Assembly (NCBI GenBank): GCA_040285825.1
Contig: JAUPSS010000004.1
Coordinates: 4,989,784 to 5,053,783, forward strand
Direction: 5' to 3'
Origin: Eukaryota sp. TZLM1-RC
Lineage: Eukaryota; Protista; Metamonada: BaSk clade
Length of the DNA: 64,000 nucleotides
Shown: positions 11,782 through 22,009 of the stretch, piece by piece
Layout of the letters: every line of letters starts with the position of its first letter
How positions within the stretch are numbered: position 1 is the first letter of the stretch
Made by a program: the position numbers and the translations under genes
The notes under the pieces: generated by a model
Seen by the model: the letters and a program-made list of their open reading frames with translations, nothing else
Databases searched by the model: none
What the model was told of the DNA's origin: nothing

Positions 11782-11879
11782 AATATTTATGGAAGTGAAT
11801 GAAATGTGAGGTGAATGTGAAAGAGGGAGTGATATCTATTTGAGATGAAATTCACAGGTTGGCAATGTGGAATGAATTT

Positions 11880-12610
11880 CCACTTCGTCCTTTCCATTTC
11901 AAAATGGAAATGGACGGAATTTTTTCAATAGTGGAAATGGAAATGGAAACATATTGTCCATATTTAATTGTAACTGAACCTGCATAAATAATTAACAAAT
12001 CCATTCACGTTACTGCTAATGTAGCATTTAATGAAGAATGCCTTCAAACGTCTTCAGCAACACTAACTTTGGCAAAGAAAAAAACATCCCCGGTTTGGAA
12101 ATGTGCATTTTGATGAACTTGACAAATATCTATCTGAAGGAACAGTTCATTAGAGTACTGAATTATTTGAATGGTGGAAAGAGAAACAAAGGCGCTTTTC
12201 TAAAACTATTTTTTCTGGCTTTGAGTTTTCTTGCAGGCCCAGCAACAACAGTTCCTTGTGGTTCCTTTTTTTCAGTCGCTGACTTCAAACATCCAAATGT
12301 CATCACTGTTCTTAGAAAACTGATCTGAGTTGAAGGTATGGTTGAAAAACGATCAATTTAAAATACTTGCAACACTTAAGTTAAAAATAGGTAGTCGAAT
12401 TAGTTTTTTTATAATTAATTGTCAGTAAAATGATTTGTTTACACCTACATAAGAAATACTTCAATGAATTAACAAACAACAAACCTCTTCGACCAATTAC
12501 TACAACACTGTCAAGGTCAGTAATGGTTAACTTCACTCAGGATCTGAATTAACGTAAATAGGCTGTTTGGAATCAACTTATGAGAATGTGGAAATGGAAA
12601 TGGAACGTTG
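11880..12610 (+). mobile_element. Decayed hAT transposon remnant
   Basis: Across a frameshift reads FEWWKEK...LALSFLAGPATTVPCGSFFSVA (hAT dimerization domain). GGAAAT subterminal-type repeats near 11890-11950 and 12590-12605. Confidence 0.65.
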
Positions 12611-13434
12611 CTTTCATTGCAAGATTCTCTGTAATAACATCCCCCATAAACACCAACAAACTTACATTCAATAATCATTGTTACTTCATATACCCATGCT
12701 AACGAAGTTAAGCATCATCTAGTAAACCCAGTTTGTCCCAAGTGTGCAATCAAACTGTGGAGGAAGAGTATGATGTGTTAACTATTTGCAAATTCGTTAT
12801 CTGACGTTTAAATCACCTAAGTTTACACAATGTTTTGTGTCTTCCACACCCGAATAATTCTAAAGTGCTGCAGAAGTCGACGAATCATCTTTGTGCAAAA
12901 GTACTCGATGTTGAAACAATGACACAATAAATATTTTTGAATAATGCAAAATGTACATATATTAAAAGTGAAAACATAATGTATTATTGGGGCCTCTACA
13001 TAGTAGAGGAATCATGGATCAAACACAATGTGCAGTATATATAAAACTGAAACACAAAGAAAACAAAACAAAAAAGATAGTACAGTTTGAAACCTCAAAC
13101 ATGGGAAAACTAATATCTAAAGTGTTATGGGCCGACAATAGGTGCTCGCGTGATATCTGAGTTACGTGAGAGTTGATGCTTGAGAGTTTTCCATAGAATT
13201 GAGTGCATTACGTACAGAAGGAAGATTGTCATGGGATAGAAGAAAATCGAAGGTGTATGGCATTGATGGGGAGGCGGGAGATGAGGTGGTTGTTGTGAAT
13301 TTGAAATTATGTACTAGACACTAGTGACTAGAGTTGCAAATCACAATATCTTACTTATACTTCTTTGTATACATTGTCCAGCAAAATCCCACGTTTAACC
13401 CAACTTTCATACATACCACATCTGAACATCTCAA

Positions 13435-14013
13435 ATGCCCATCACGCCACTTGAATCAATGAATATACGTAACATAAAGCCACGACAACGGGCAGAAAGA
13501 CAAACTACTTTATTCCGTGAAGACCTTGAAAGACAACGTCTCCGTAACCGCAAAGAAGATTTTTTCCATTACGATGAGTTCAAAGAACCTATACACGCAG
13601 TATCTGCAGATGCTCCACTTTACTGTTCTGAGGCTCACAGATTCTCATCCGACTTTACATCTATACAACAAGAAGAAAAAGCACGTAAACTTGCCCAACA
13701 ACAAGCTAATATTGAGAAAAAACGCAGAGCCCAACAAGAACGTGAACAACATCATGCCAAGGTTAATGAACATGTCTTTGTTAAAGACGAACAGAAAATC
13801 AAGAGTCTAAGCGAACGACATTCACAACAACCAAAACATCCATTCAATCCCATTACTCTGGAATATGACAACTCAAACCAAGGACAAATGCTGAAGAAAA
13901 GAGATGAACGTGCTCTAGAGAGGTCCAAACAGCGTGCGGCTAATCTTTACCAAAAGTCGAACTCCAATTACTGCCCAATTACTGGAAAGGAGCTTCCAAA
14001 TAGGTTTAGGTAA
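13435..14013 (+). CDS. Hypothetical coiled-coil protein with two (N/C)PIT motifs
   Basis: Intact 192-aa ORF with host-like composition; PFNPITLEYD and YCPITG motifs. Confidence 0.7.
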   Translation: MPITPLESMNIRNIKPRQRAERQTTLFREDLERQRLRNRKEDFFHYDEFKEPIHAVSADAPLYCSEAHRFSSDFTSIQQEEKARKLAQQQANIEKKRRAQQEREQHHAKVNEHVFVKDEQKIKSLSERHSQQPKHPFNPITLEYDNSNQGQMLKKRDERALERSKQRAANLYQKSNSNYCPITGKELPNRFR

Positions 14014-14359
14014 CTAATTTTGTATAATAAAATATTAATTTAATCTTTGTTTCTTATATCTTATTTTTTGGAAACTGTACCATTTTTCAGGACCAATGAT
14101 AGCGTTGTGAGCTTGATTTTACATTTAATTGATCAGATTTATTAGTCATTAAATAAAACAATACAAAAAGAATAAACCTATTTTCTCAAATCACAATCTT
14201 GAATCCTAAGATGCATGTGGATTAGAATAAATAATAGTGTTGCTAAATTCTTCGTCTAAAGATATGTTTAGAGGCACGATGCTATCACATGAAGAAGAGA
14301 TGTTTATGGTAAAAGGAAGAGGCCTTTCGAAATCGTAACATAACATTGTTGAATGCTTA

Positions 14360-14548
14360 GTAGTAATGCTATATTATGGATAAGAAACCTACCAATTCGC
14401 AACCGTGATCTTTTTCTTTCTTTTTGGTCCAGTGCTGTGCATTTTTTTAAGCATTATTTTTTTAGTTTATTATTGACTATTATGAACTGAACTTGAACAG
14501 TGCACGAATAGTGTGAACTGAACTGAACTAGTCTTTTTTACAACCCTA
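14360..14548 (+). mobile_element. Probable hAT-type element right end
   Basis: GAACT tandem subterminal repeats ending in CAACCCTA (TAGGGTTG-type TIR) at 14541-14548. Confidence 0.4.
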
Positions 14549-14717
14549 GTGCATGATCTATAGAAGCAATATTTTATACTTTGGGTGTTTTTTAACTGAA
14601 TGTGACAGCAATATGACTAGTGGTCTATTTCTATCAGATGAATCTTCAAATGAATGAATGCAAATATCAAAATTAAAACTCATCTCATTAAAACTCATCT
14701 CATTAAAACAACAATTG

Positions 14718-15524
14718 ATGACTTCTCAATCAGAGAAGAAAGCAGCCATTGATTCTTGGCTGTACTCATTGGGTGAATCTGCTACTTATGAGGATGACAC
14801 GCTTGTTATAGATTTCCTGTACGACCTCTTTCGAGTCTGTTCATTCACAACTGATACTGCAAATATCATATCACAAGCTGCTGAGTTGGAAACTTCTCAT
14901 CTCACCAAGCAATCTGAACAACTCAATAAGTTTCTTGCTCCACTTGAACTTACACCTTCTCATCTTTCTTCGAAAGCCAGGTCTGCTCTTTCTTCTCTCT
15001 CAAATGCCGCCGATGCGCTCAACCTTTCCGATGTCTCTCCTGATGCATTCATTCACGCCGCTGCTTCTCTAGAAATGGATCTCATCACCACCGAATCTGA
15101 TCTCTCTCAGCACAAACAAAGACTTGGTAGAATCCTGGACATTACTGTCAATAATGAGGTTTTGGCCAAGTACAACACTACGGCTAAGGTTGATGATTAT
15201 ATTGCTCAAGTTCTACAAAACAATCTTCAAATAAGCGAGAATTACGCTTTGAAAGAAGCTGAGTACACCCACTCAACAAATGAAATTAAAAAGGAATTGA
15301 AAAAACTGCCATTAACTCATGAAATCACTCATTCTGCACTGGTGGGGTTGAAACAAAAACTGAACGAGACTGAAGAGTCACTAGTGAAACACTCCAAACG
15401 TCTAGAGTCATTCAAGGGACTTCCTGCTGATGAAGCATTAGCTACTGAACGAGTAGAGGAACTGAGGAGGGAGGTGAGGGGGTTACAGGATAAATTAGGT
15501 GCTGAAGTGGCTGGATTGGTTTAG
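14718..15524 (+). CDS. HAUS1: HAUS augmin-like complex subunit 1
   Basis: N-terminal WL...YE motif, coiled coil, C-terminal FKGLPADEALATERVEELRREV. The upstream ATG at 14658 runs through a 15-bp tandem duplication. Confidence 0.7.
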   Translation: MTSQSEKKAAIDSWLYSLGESATYEDDTLVIDFLYDLFRVCSFTTDTANIISQAAELETSHLTKQSEQLNKFLAPLELTPSHLSSKARSALSSLSNAADALNLSDVSPDAFIHAAASLEMDLITTESDLSQHKQRLGRILDITVNNEVLAKYNTTAKVDDYIAQVLQNNLQISENYALKEAEYTHSTNEIKKELKKLPLTHEITHSALVGLKQKLNETEESLVKHSKRLESFKGLPADEALATERVEELRREVRGLQDKLGAEVAGLV

Positions 15525-15949
15525 AGTTTGGGTTTTAGTTAAGGTTAACGAATTTTTTGGGCAGATTTTTTTGTTTTTTAATTGGTTATAAATGTGTTTT
15601 TATTTAGTGTTGTGTGCAATAATTTAATGAATTGGTTCAGAGTTGTCAAAAAGTTCGTTCATGGCTGACACATTAAATTTAAAAGGGTGATGATGTTTTA
15701 AATAAAATTTATTAACCTAAAATTGAATTACGCTTTTCGTTTCATACTGCTCAGAAGGAACATTAGTTGAAGTCGTGCAGGACGCTTTTTTCAGCTTACT
15801 ATTTCCTTTTTCATTCATTGACAAATGAATAGCTTTTTTGGAGTGACGTAAGTGGTTATGTGGGAAGATATGTTCTTTGTTTTTGTTATGTTTTTAAGAA
15901 AATGTTTGTATTTAAATATGGTTAGACAATGAACAAACGTAAACAATGG

Positions 15950-16260
15950 ATTTTCTGCTTTTTTCTCAGAAGGATATTTTTAAGCAAGTTGCTATCCAAT
16001 TATTTCTTAATAATTATTTCTTCGGAATTCATATATTACAAAAGTGCTTTTTAAAGACAACGGGGATGAGGCAATGCCTTTGTTCAGTGAAACATGGACG
16101 TATGAGAGGGATTGAAGGAGGAGTTGACCTTAAAATATGAGTGAATTTTCCAGAATAACAAAATTTTAAAATAAAAGATTTGATGTGTTTTTCAATATCA
16201 CCTTCAGCGATCAAACTAAAATATTTGTCAAAGTTCTTCAATAAATTGTTCAACTAGGAA
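15950..16260 (-). mobile_element. Non-LTR retrotransposon fragment (post-RT region)
   Basis: IEKHIKSFILKFCYSGKFTHILRSTPP parallels family A IKKHIKFTIIRLCFSSNFNHIFRSTNP. Confidence 0.7.
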
Positions 16261-16689
16261 TAAAAATCCACTAGACAGGTCTCTTGTTGCTACATCGAAT
16301 CATTTTCTTTCAGTTCCTTATACCAATTCATGTTTTTCTCAACAATTGGCTACAGGCTCAGAGTTGCAATTTTATAAATAGAACTAGACTTTCTCCTTAC
16401 TTTGTTTGTTGGGTTCAGCTGGCATTCAATGTTGAGACAAATTGACCCAAAATCTGTCAATCCTGGACAAAATCCTTCATTTGTGCTCATTGTAGAGCCC
16501 TGGATAAAACGAATGTTTTTGTCAACTATCTTCTCTCTTTTATATTCTTTTATATCAGATGAACCCTTAGCACCTCTGGAAGCTAGTGAAATTATAGAAG
16601 ATGAGCAACCCGAAAAGTAGTTATTCATTTTTCATTTTGTGCATGCATCAATTTTCATCTTAATAATTCAAGAGAAAGTTTCATTCTAT

Positions 16690-17916
16690 TGAATGCCTGT
16701 AATTGTATCTTGAATCAATTTCAAGAATTTCCTGTCCTTGCTTCTTCACTGATTTCAAAAGACGGAATCACCATTTCCTCGAAGGAAATTGGTGAGCTTT
16801 TTCTCTTTAATCTGAAAATTTCACAATACTTACCCACTGTTTTCTCATTTGTATTGCTGAAAGAAAATTGAAATGATATTATTAGCTTCTCACAACAATT
16901 CTAAATTTCTTGAGATACCTTCACAAATTTTTAAATTTATGAAAAAATTTCCACTTATTGAAGGAACATGTTCAAAATTTGAGGTTATCGAAAATTATTG
17001 TTGGAAACAAATATTCGAACGATGCTCTTATCAAAAAAAACAAAAGTTTGAAAAAAAAACAGATTTCGAATTTCTTTATTCAAAACCAGTGGTAATGAGC
17101 TATTTTTGACGTTTGAAGGTAAAAATGATGATTCAGAAAACACCGATGAGCTGGAGGAACCGCCAAAAAAAGAGAAGATCAAAAAATGAAAAATGACCTT
17201 GGCAATAAAGCCAGAAAAATACAGTTGAAGGGTACCAAAAAATGCTGCGTCGAAGACACAGGCTTCCAGTCGAAATAATACCTGAGAAATCCCTTATCGG
17301 CGTTGATCTGGGCCAATCTAGATTATTTTGTTACTTCCTAAATGATAGACAGTGTAAAATTATTCCTTGTCCAACTGGTGGAAGATACATGACAAAACCT
17401 TCATCCAGTAAACACTCCCCCAACCACTATTCCGTTCAAAATTTCAACTGATATTTGAACCATGGGAATTTGGTCAGTAGGAAAGTGTACTTGGAGAATA
17501 TTCTCCAGAAATGGAAAATAATTAAAATTGATAACTGCAGACGAAAAGAGAGATGGTTCCGAGAGAGCAACTTCAAAGGTTCACTGACATCCTGAAGAAC
17601 TCTACCTTTCTGTGAATCCTGCTATTTTCCCTTCTCATTGCCGAAAAATCAATCGATATGGATCAACAAGAACTTTCGGACAATGGTTGTGTTATCAAAT
17701 GGATGTGATGCACTTGTCAACCAGTGAATTTAATACAAGCAAACTATGCAGTTATTGGATGATTTGAAAATACTCAAACAGGTTTATGGCAGATGCATAA
17801 CTTGTAGTGAGTGTCAAATGGTATATGACAGAGATATTTCTGCTACAAAAAATATTCAAATTAAGAAGAAAGCGGAATTGTGGCCTAAGAGAGACATTCC
17901 CAAGAAGCTTTGTTGA
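16690..17916 (+). pseudogene. Fanzor/TnpB-like RuvC nuclease, multiply frameshifted
   Basis: RuvC-I LIGVDLG (D at 17305), RuvC-II SEFNTSKLCS (E at 17726), Zn ribbon plus RuvC-III CSECQMVYDRDISATKNI (17803-17856), and upstream FKTSG resembling Fanzor1 FxTDG. The 5' limit is uncertain (possibly ~16300). Confidence 0.8.
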
Positions 17917-17980
17917 GGAGATGAATGACAAACCTGAGCACAGAAAAACTAAAACTTTTGAAAAACCGTGATTTAAAACA

Positions 17981-18105
17981 ATGATTTCTGAAGCATTTTT
18001 TGGCTATTGGTGTAGAATATCAATGAAATGCTGTGAATAAGTTTAGTAATCGTAATGCTTGTGTGGAGGATATTCAATATTAGACAGAATTTTAGTTGAA
18101 TAAAA
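17981..18105 (+). mobile_element. 3' fragment of family B non-LTR element
   Basis: Matches ...LAIGVEYERNAVSRFSNSDACLEDIEF* plus AATAAA of the 23855-24244 copy. Confidence 0.75.
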
Positions 18106-18468
18106 GGCAGTTCCTAAATAAACCATTATTGCATTTTTATTTTTTGAATTGTATTTTAATTTTTTTAAATCTTTTGAGATTCGATCTACAAATGCCTTAG
18201 TAGCAGTTGGTAAATCCACTTAGATACATAAAGTCGCGAGGATTTGTTGTGTGAAAGAAGTAGGTGTATTGAAGTGAGGTGGCCCATTGATGAAGATCAT
18301 GATTGTCTATGTCAATTGACGCTACATATCTCTTACAGCCTATGAGTAGACATTAAAAAAGTTGAAAACAGAAGTGATTTTTAGAGGGTGATGAATGATG
18401 CATTGCATAGGAATGAAATTCAGCAAAATAGCATCACTTCAACCTGAACTTTACTTCATCTATTTCAC

Positions 18469-18699
18469 ATGGTTAGGTTTTCTACATTCGAGGAGTTTGC
18501 TTCAGCATCCGAACAGCTTTTTCAAAACAACCCTTCAAAGTTTCGCTTCATGCTTAAGTTTCACAATGGTAAAGGTCGATTTGAGTTAAAATCCACCGAT
18601 AACACACAAACTTTCAACTTTGGGACAGACCAAGCAGAAGATCTAAAGAAAGCAGAGGTGTTTCAAGCCAAAATACTTCGATTGATGTCAAAAGAGTAG
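18469..18699 (+). CDS. SRP9: Signal recognition particle 9 kDa protein
   Basis: 76 aa; FEEFASASEQLF..NP.KFR...LKSTDN...TDQAEDLKK pattern. Confidence 0.85.
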   Translation: MVRFSTFEEFASASEQLFQNNPSKFRFMLKFHNGKGRFELKSTDNTQTFNFGTDQAEDLKKAEVFQAKILRLMSKE

Positions 18700-18883
18700 A
18701 TCTATTGTTATTTTCGCATTATCTATATGCTTGTGTTTTGATGTATCATTTTCTATAAAATCCCAACAAATAAAAAAATGACGTAACTAATCAACTTTAG
18801 ATAATAACATTTTGTATTATACAACAAAAGAGAAACTAAACCAATAAACAACGTAAAACAAGAGTAACCAATAAACAAGAACT

Positions 18884-19585
18884 CTATTCCACTCTTGCAG
18901 ATTTGTTCTGTGGGATCTTTGAAGGATCAGGCCTGGAAGTCTCAGTAGAGGGAGTTTCTGGAATTGCAAAAGGGCTTAGAGCCTGTAAACCAAGTGGACT
19001 GACATCATTGAAAAACGATTCCCAGCCCTTTGGACTTTCTCTCAATGGACGTTGAGGTATATCAAAGACAGGATCTGGTGGAATTGATAGGGTAGAACTA
19101 CTGGTTAGAGACCCCCTCCGTTGAAGCACAGAACTTGATGGTCGTGCTGCTACCGAAGGAGTAGGTGCAGTTGATTCAGTGGATCCAGTATATTCAGTGG
19201 TTAGAAGTTGAACATTTGGCATTTCAGGTGAACTGCTGTCTAACATTGGCATAGGTGGAGCTTCTAAAACTGGATTCTCTTCTTCTTGTTGAGACTGGTC
19301 TTCGCTTTCATCCTTCAAAAAATCACGTGCGAATTTGGTTTCAATCACTGATTCTTGCCGACTGAGTTGTGAATACTTAGTCACAATATTAGACAACCCA
19401 GAATCATCCGAAGAAAACGATGTAAGCTTGTTGTTTTCATTGATAATAACAAGTCCGATGTGACAATTACATAGACGAGAAAGTTCACTGGCCTTTTTTA
19501 ACAATCCTGTTTTACGTTTGCTGAAGGTAACTTGTCTTGAACGAGGATCTGTGATGTAGGAAATGCTAATGCGTCTTCGACCCAT
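18884..19585 (-). CDS. MADS-box transcription factor (MEF2/type II-like)
   Basis: MGRRRISISYITDPRSRQVTFSKRKTGLLKKASELSRLC; Pro/Ser-rich tail. Confidence 0.95.
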   Translation of the reverse strand: MGRRRISISYITDPRSRQVTFSKRKTGLLKKASELSRLCNCHIGLVIINENNKLTSFSSDDSGLSNIVTKYSQLSRQESVIETKFARDFLKDESEDQSQQEEENPVLEAPPMPMLDSSSPEMPNVQLLTTEYTGSTESTAPTPSVAARPSSSVLQRRGSLTSSSTLSIPPDPVFDIPQRPLRESPKGWESFFNDVSPLGLQALSPFAIPETPSTETSRPDPSKIPQNKSARVE

Positions 19586-20259
19586 TGTTTAAGAAACAAC
19601 ACAAAATCAACAAATGTTGTTACAGGGATATGGTGTTGAATGCAAGTCAAAGTAAGTCAAAAAGCTGACAGTCAAATTTTTCCAAAGCATTTACTTGCTG
19701 TAATCACCCAAATATAAGCCAGGAAATTCTGCTACTTGTATTTGGATTTCGTTGACTTACATTTGGGTGATTTCAGTATAGAAAATGTAAATGTTAGAAA
19801 GCTGTGAAAAACGAAAGAATTGAACAATACGTTAAGCCAATCGCTGTTCAGGCTGAAGAGGGACTGCTTTTGGGTGCCTTATATTATTAAAAAGGTTACT
19901 GATAATGATGCAACATATTTTGCAATCATTGATGTACTCTATTAGGCTTATAATGTAAGAGTTGAGGAAATGAACACCCATCAAACTTATCATCTTCTGA
20001 ATAAAGTATTGAGAAATATCCTTCTGTACAAGCTTAATAAGACAGATGATATAAGTGTAACGACAGAATAAACACCAATGGGTATAGATGCTAAGTGAAT
20101 ACATGTTGATGATATAAGAAAGTACTAACAAATGCTGGACACCAAAATTTATACAAGACTAATCAACGAGTCACATCATATTGTTGCCGCATTTCTGTTT
20201 AGACAATAATAATCACATAGCAACACCGTAGATGTAGTCAAAATGGACAACATTTATGG

Positions 20260-20805
20260 TCATTTCTTCTTTTTTGCCTGCTCCTTGACCTCATCTAGGC
20301 GTGACATTTGTAGTCCACCTTGTGATGCTCCTTGCCCCATGGGCATAATTTGACAAAGAACTGTACAATCGCTCCGTTCAACATTGCTTTCTATAAAGAC
20401 AGTAACAGAACTGGTGTTTGACCACTTGAAAGCTTTGAAAGGTATTGTGGCAACACGAACTCCTGGATAGGTTCTGTCAACAATATAGTCACTGTCTTCG
20501 AGATCAACCTGATGGTCTGCATGACTGTCCTGACAATCAGCAAAAGATAGATGAGGTGCATTTTTAAAGAAAAAAATTCTAGAGGGGGCTCTTGATACAC
20601 CTAGATTTTCCTCGTCTGGCACCCTGATGAGAAAACCGTCAAGACGTACAGGGCTGTTGAAATGAAAATGAAAGAGAAGTTCAGGATCGGCATCAGAAAA
20701 CAAAGGTTTGAGTGACTCGGAAGAGACAACATCATCTATAACTCCCCTAGCGTTAAGCAGTACACTTGTGGACAGGTCCACTGAATCGATGATAGGTTGA
20801 AACAT
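20260..20805 (-). CDS. PITH-domain protein
   Basis: SDADPELLFHFHFNSPVRL, APSRI..FKN...LSF, VTVFIESN. Start assigned to MFQP at 20805 because the upstream extension overlaps RPS6. Confidence 0.85.
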   Translation of the reverse strand: MFQPIIDSVDLSTSVLLNARGVIDDVVSSESLKPLFSDADPELLFHFHFNSPVRLDGFLIRVPDEENLGVSRAPSRIFFFKNAPHLSFADCQDSHADHQVDLEDSDYIVDRTYPGVRVATIPFKAFKWSNTSSVTVFIESNVERSDCTVLCQIMPMGQGASQGGLQMSRLDEVKEQAKKKK

Positions 20806-20871
20806 GAATATGCTCTGTTGTTGTAGGAGAATTGGGTGTTCCTTTTTGCAATCCTTTTTTCTTGGGTCATA

Positions 20872-21611
20872 ATGAAACTCAATATAGCCTTCCCTCAAAC
20901 CGGTAGACAGAAGACCATTGTCATCGATGATCCCCGCAAACTGTGCGTTGCTCTTATATATTTTCTCATTCTAGCGCAGTCCTCATGGATAAGCGTATCT
21001 CTCAAGAAATTGAAGGTGAGCATCTCGGAGACGAGTTCAAGGGTTACGTTTTCCGCATTACTGGAGGTAACGATAAGCAGGGTTTCTGTATGAAGCAAGG
21101 AGTCCTCACCCCCAACAGAGTACGTCTTCTCCTTACCCAAAACACTGTCGGTTTCCGTGGATACGGACGTCGTGATGGTGAACGTCGTCGCAAGTCCGTC
21201 CGTGGATGTATCGTTTCCTCTGAAATTGCTGTTCTCAACTTGATTATTGTCAAGAAAGGAGACGCTGAACTTCCCGGTCTTACTGAAGATCCTCTTCCCC
21301 TTCCCCGTCAACCCAAACGTGCCTCTAAGATTCGTAAAATGTTTAATCTCACCAAGGAAGACGATGTTAAACAGTATCGCATCAAACGTATCGTCCGTGT
21401 CAAGGGCGATAAGGTTAATGTCAAAGTCCCTAAAATTCAACGTCTTGTTACTCCCGTTGTTCTTCAACGCAAGAGGAGGCGCGCTGCTTTGATCAACCGT
21501 CGCAGAGAAGCTGGTAAAGCCCTCAAGCAGGAATATGACAACATGATGGCTACTAGAATGCGCGAAACACGTGAACGTCGTGCTGAAGCTGTCAAAGCTC
21601 GCCGTGCATAA
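20872..21611 (+). CDS. RPS6: 40S ribosomal protein S6 (eS6); intron 20943-20974
   Basis: [32 protein letters not shown] and PKIQRLVTP; a 32-nt intron restores the frame. Confidence 0.97.
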
Positions 21612-22009
21612 TTTGTTATGCTAGTTGTTAAACAATTTTATTTTTAGTTTGAAATGTGTCTTTTTGGCTGATTTGTCGGTGATCAACAGTGTGTTCTATA
21701 ATAAAATGAGTTTGAAGAATAAATACTCATCTATCTGATTACGTTAATGAACTATTAGATCTCAAATATTCCAGCTAAAGGAAATATAAATTGAACAATT
21801 TTAGAACTCACTAAGGACGATTGCTTCTATGTGCTTATATGGATGATTGTTTTTCAATTAATGAATGTTATACTGTCAAAAGGGGAACTTCGTGTTCGAA
21901 AGAATTATATAACAATAATTTACTCAGCTTTGTCTTGTTTCCATATTATTTCTAATGTTTAAATTCAAGTAAAATTTATACTTTGCACATAATTCGGCGT
22001 TTTGGTCAT

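Larger units (their letters stand above)
9996..11857 (+). mobile_element. IS630/Tc1-type DNA transposon with bipartite TIRs and a second convergent ORF
   Basis: Terminal inverted match 12/15 (9996-10010 vs 11843-11857). Perfect inverted 10-mer TCACCTCACA/TGTGAGGTGA at 10039-10048 and 11805-11814, each 43 nt from its end. Confidence 0.7.

Noticed and set aside
14672-14709. 15-bp tandem repeat upstream of HAUS1
   Set aside because: Simple local duplication with no spacers; not a CRISPR-like array.
10090-17916. IS630 transposase and Fanzor as a single element
   Set aside because: They are about 5 kb apart with two host genes between, and the IS630 ends close at 11857.
19832-20131. 99-aa minus-strand ORF between the MADS and PITH genes
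   Set aside because: Non-ATG start, AT-rich composition and no motif; likely spurious.
20895-21467. 190-aa antisense ORF over RPS6 (and similar shadow ORFs over CFAP58, PUM3 and Gag-Pol)
   Set aside because: Expected by-product of codon bias on the coding strand; no recognisable motifs.
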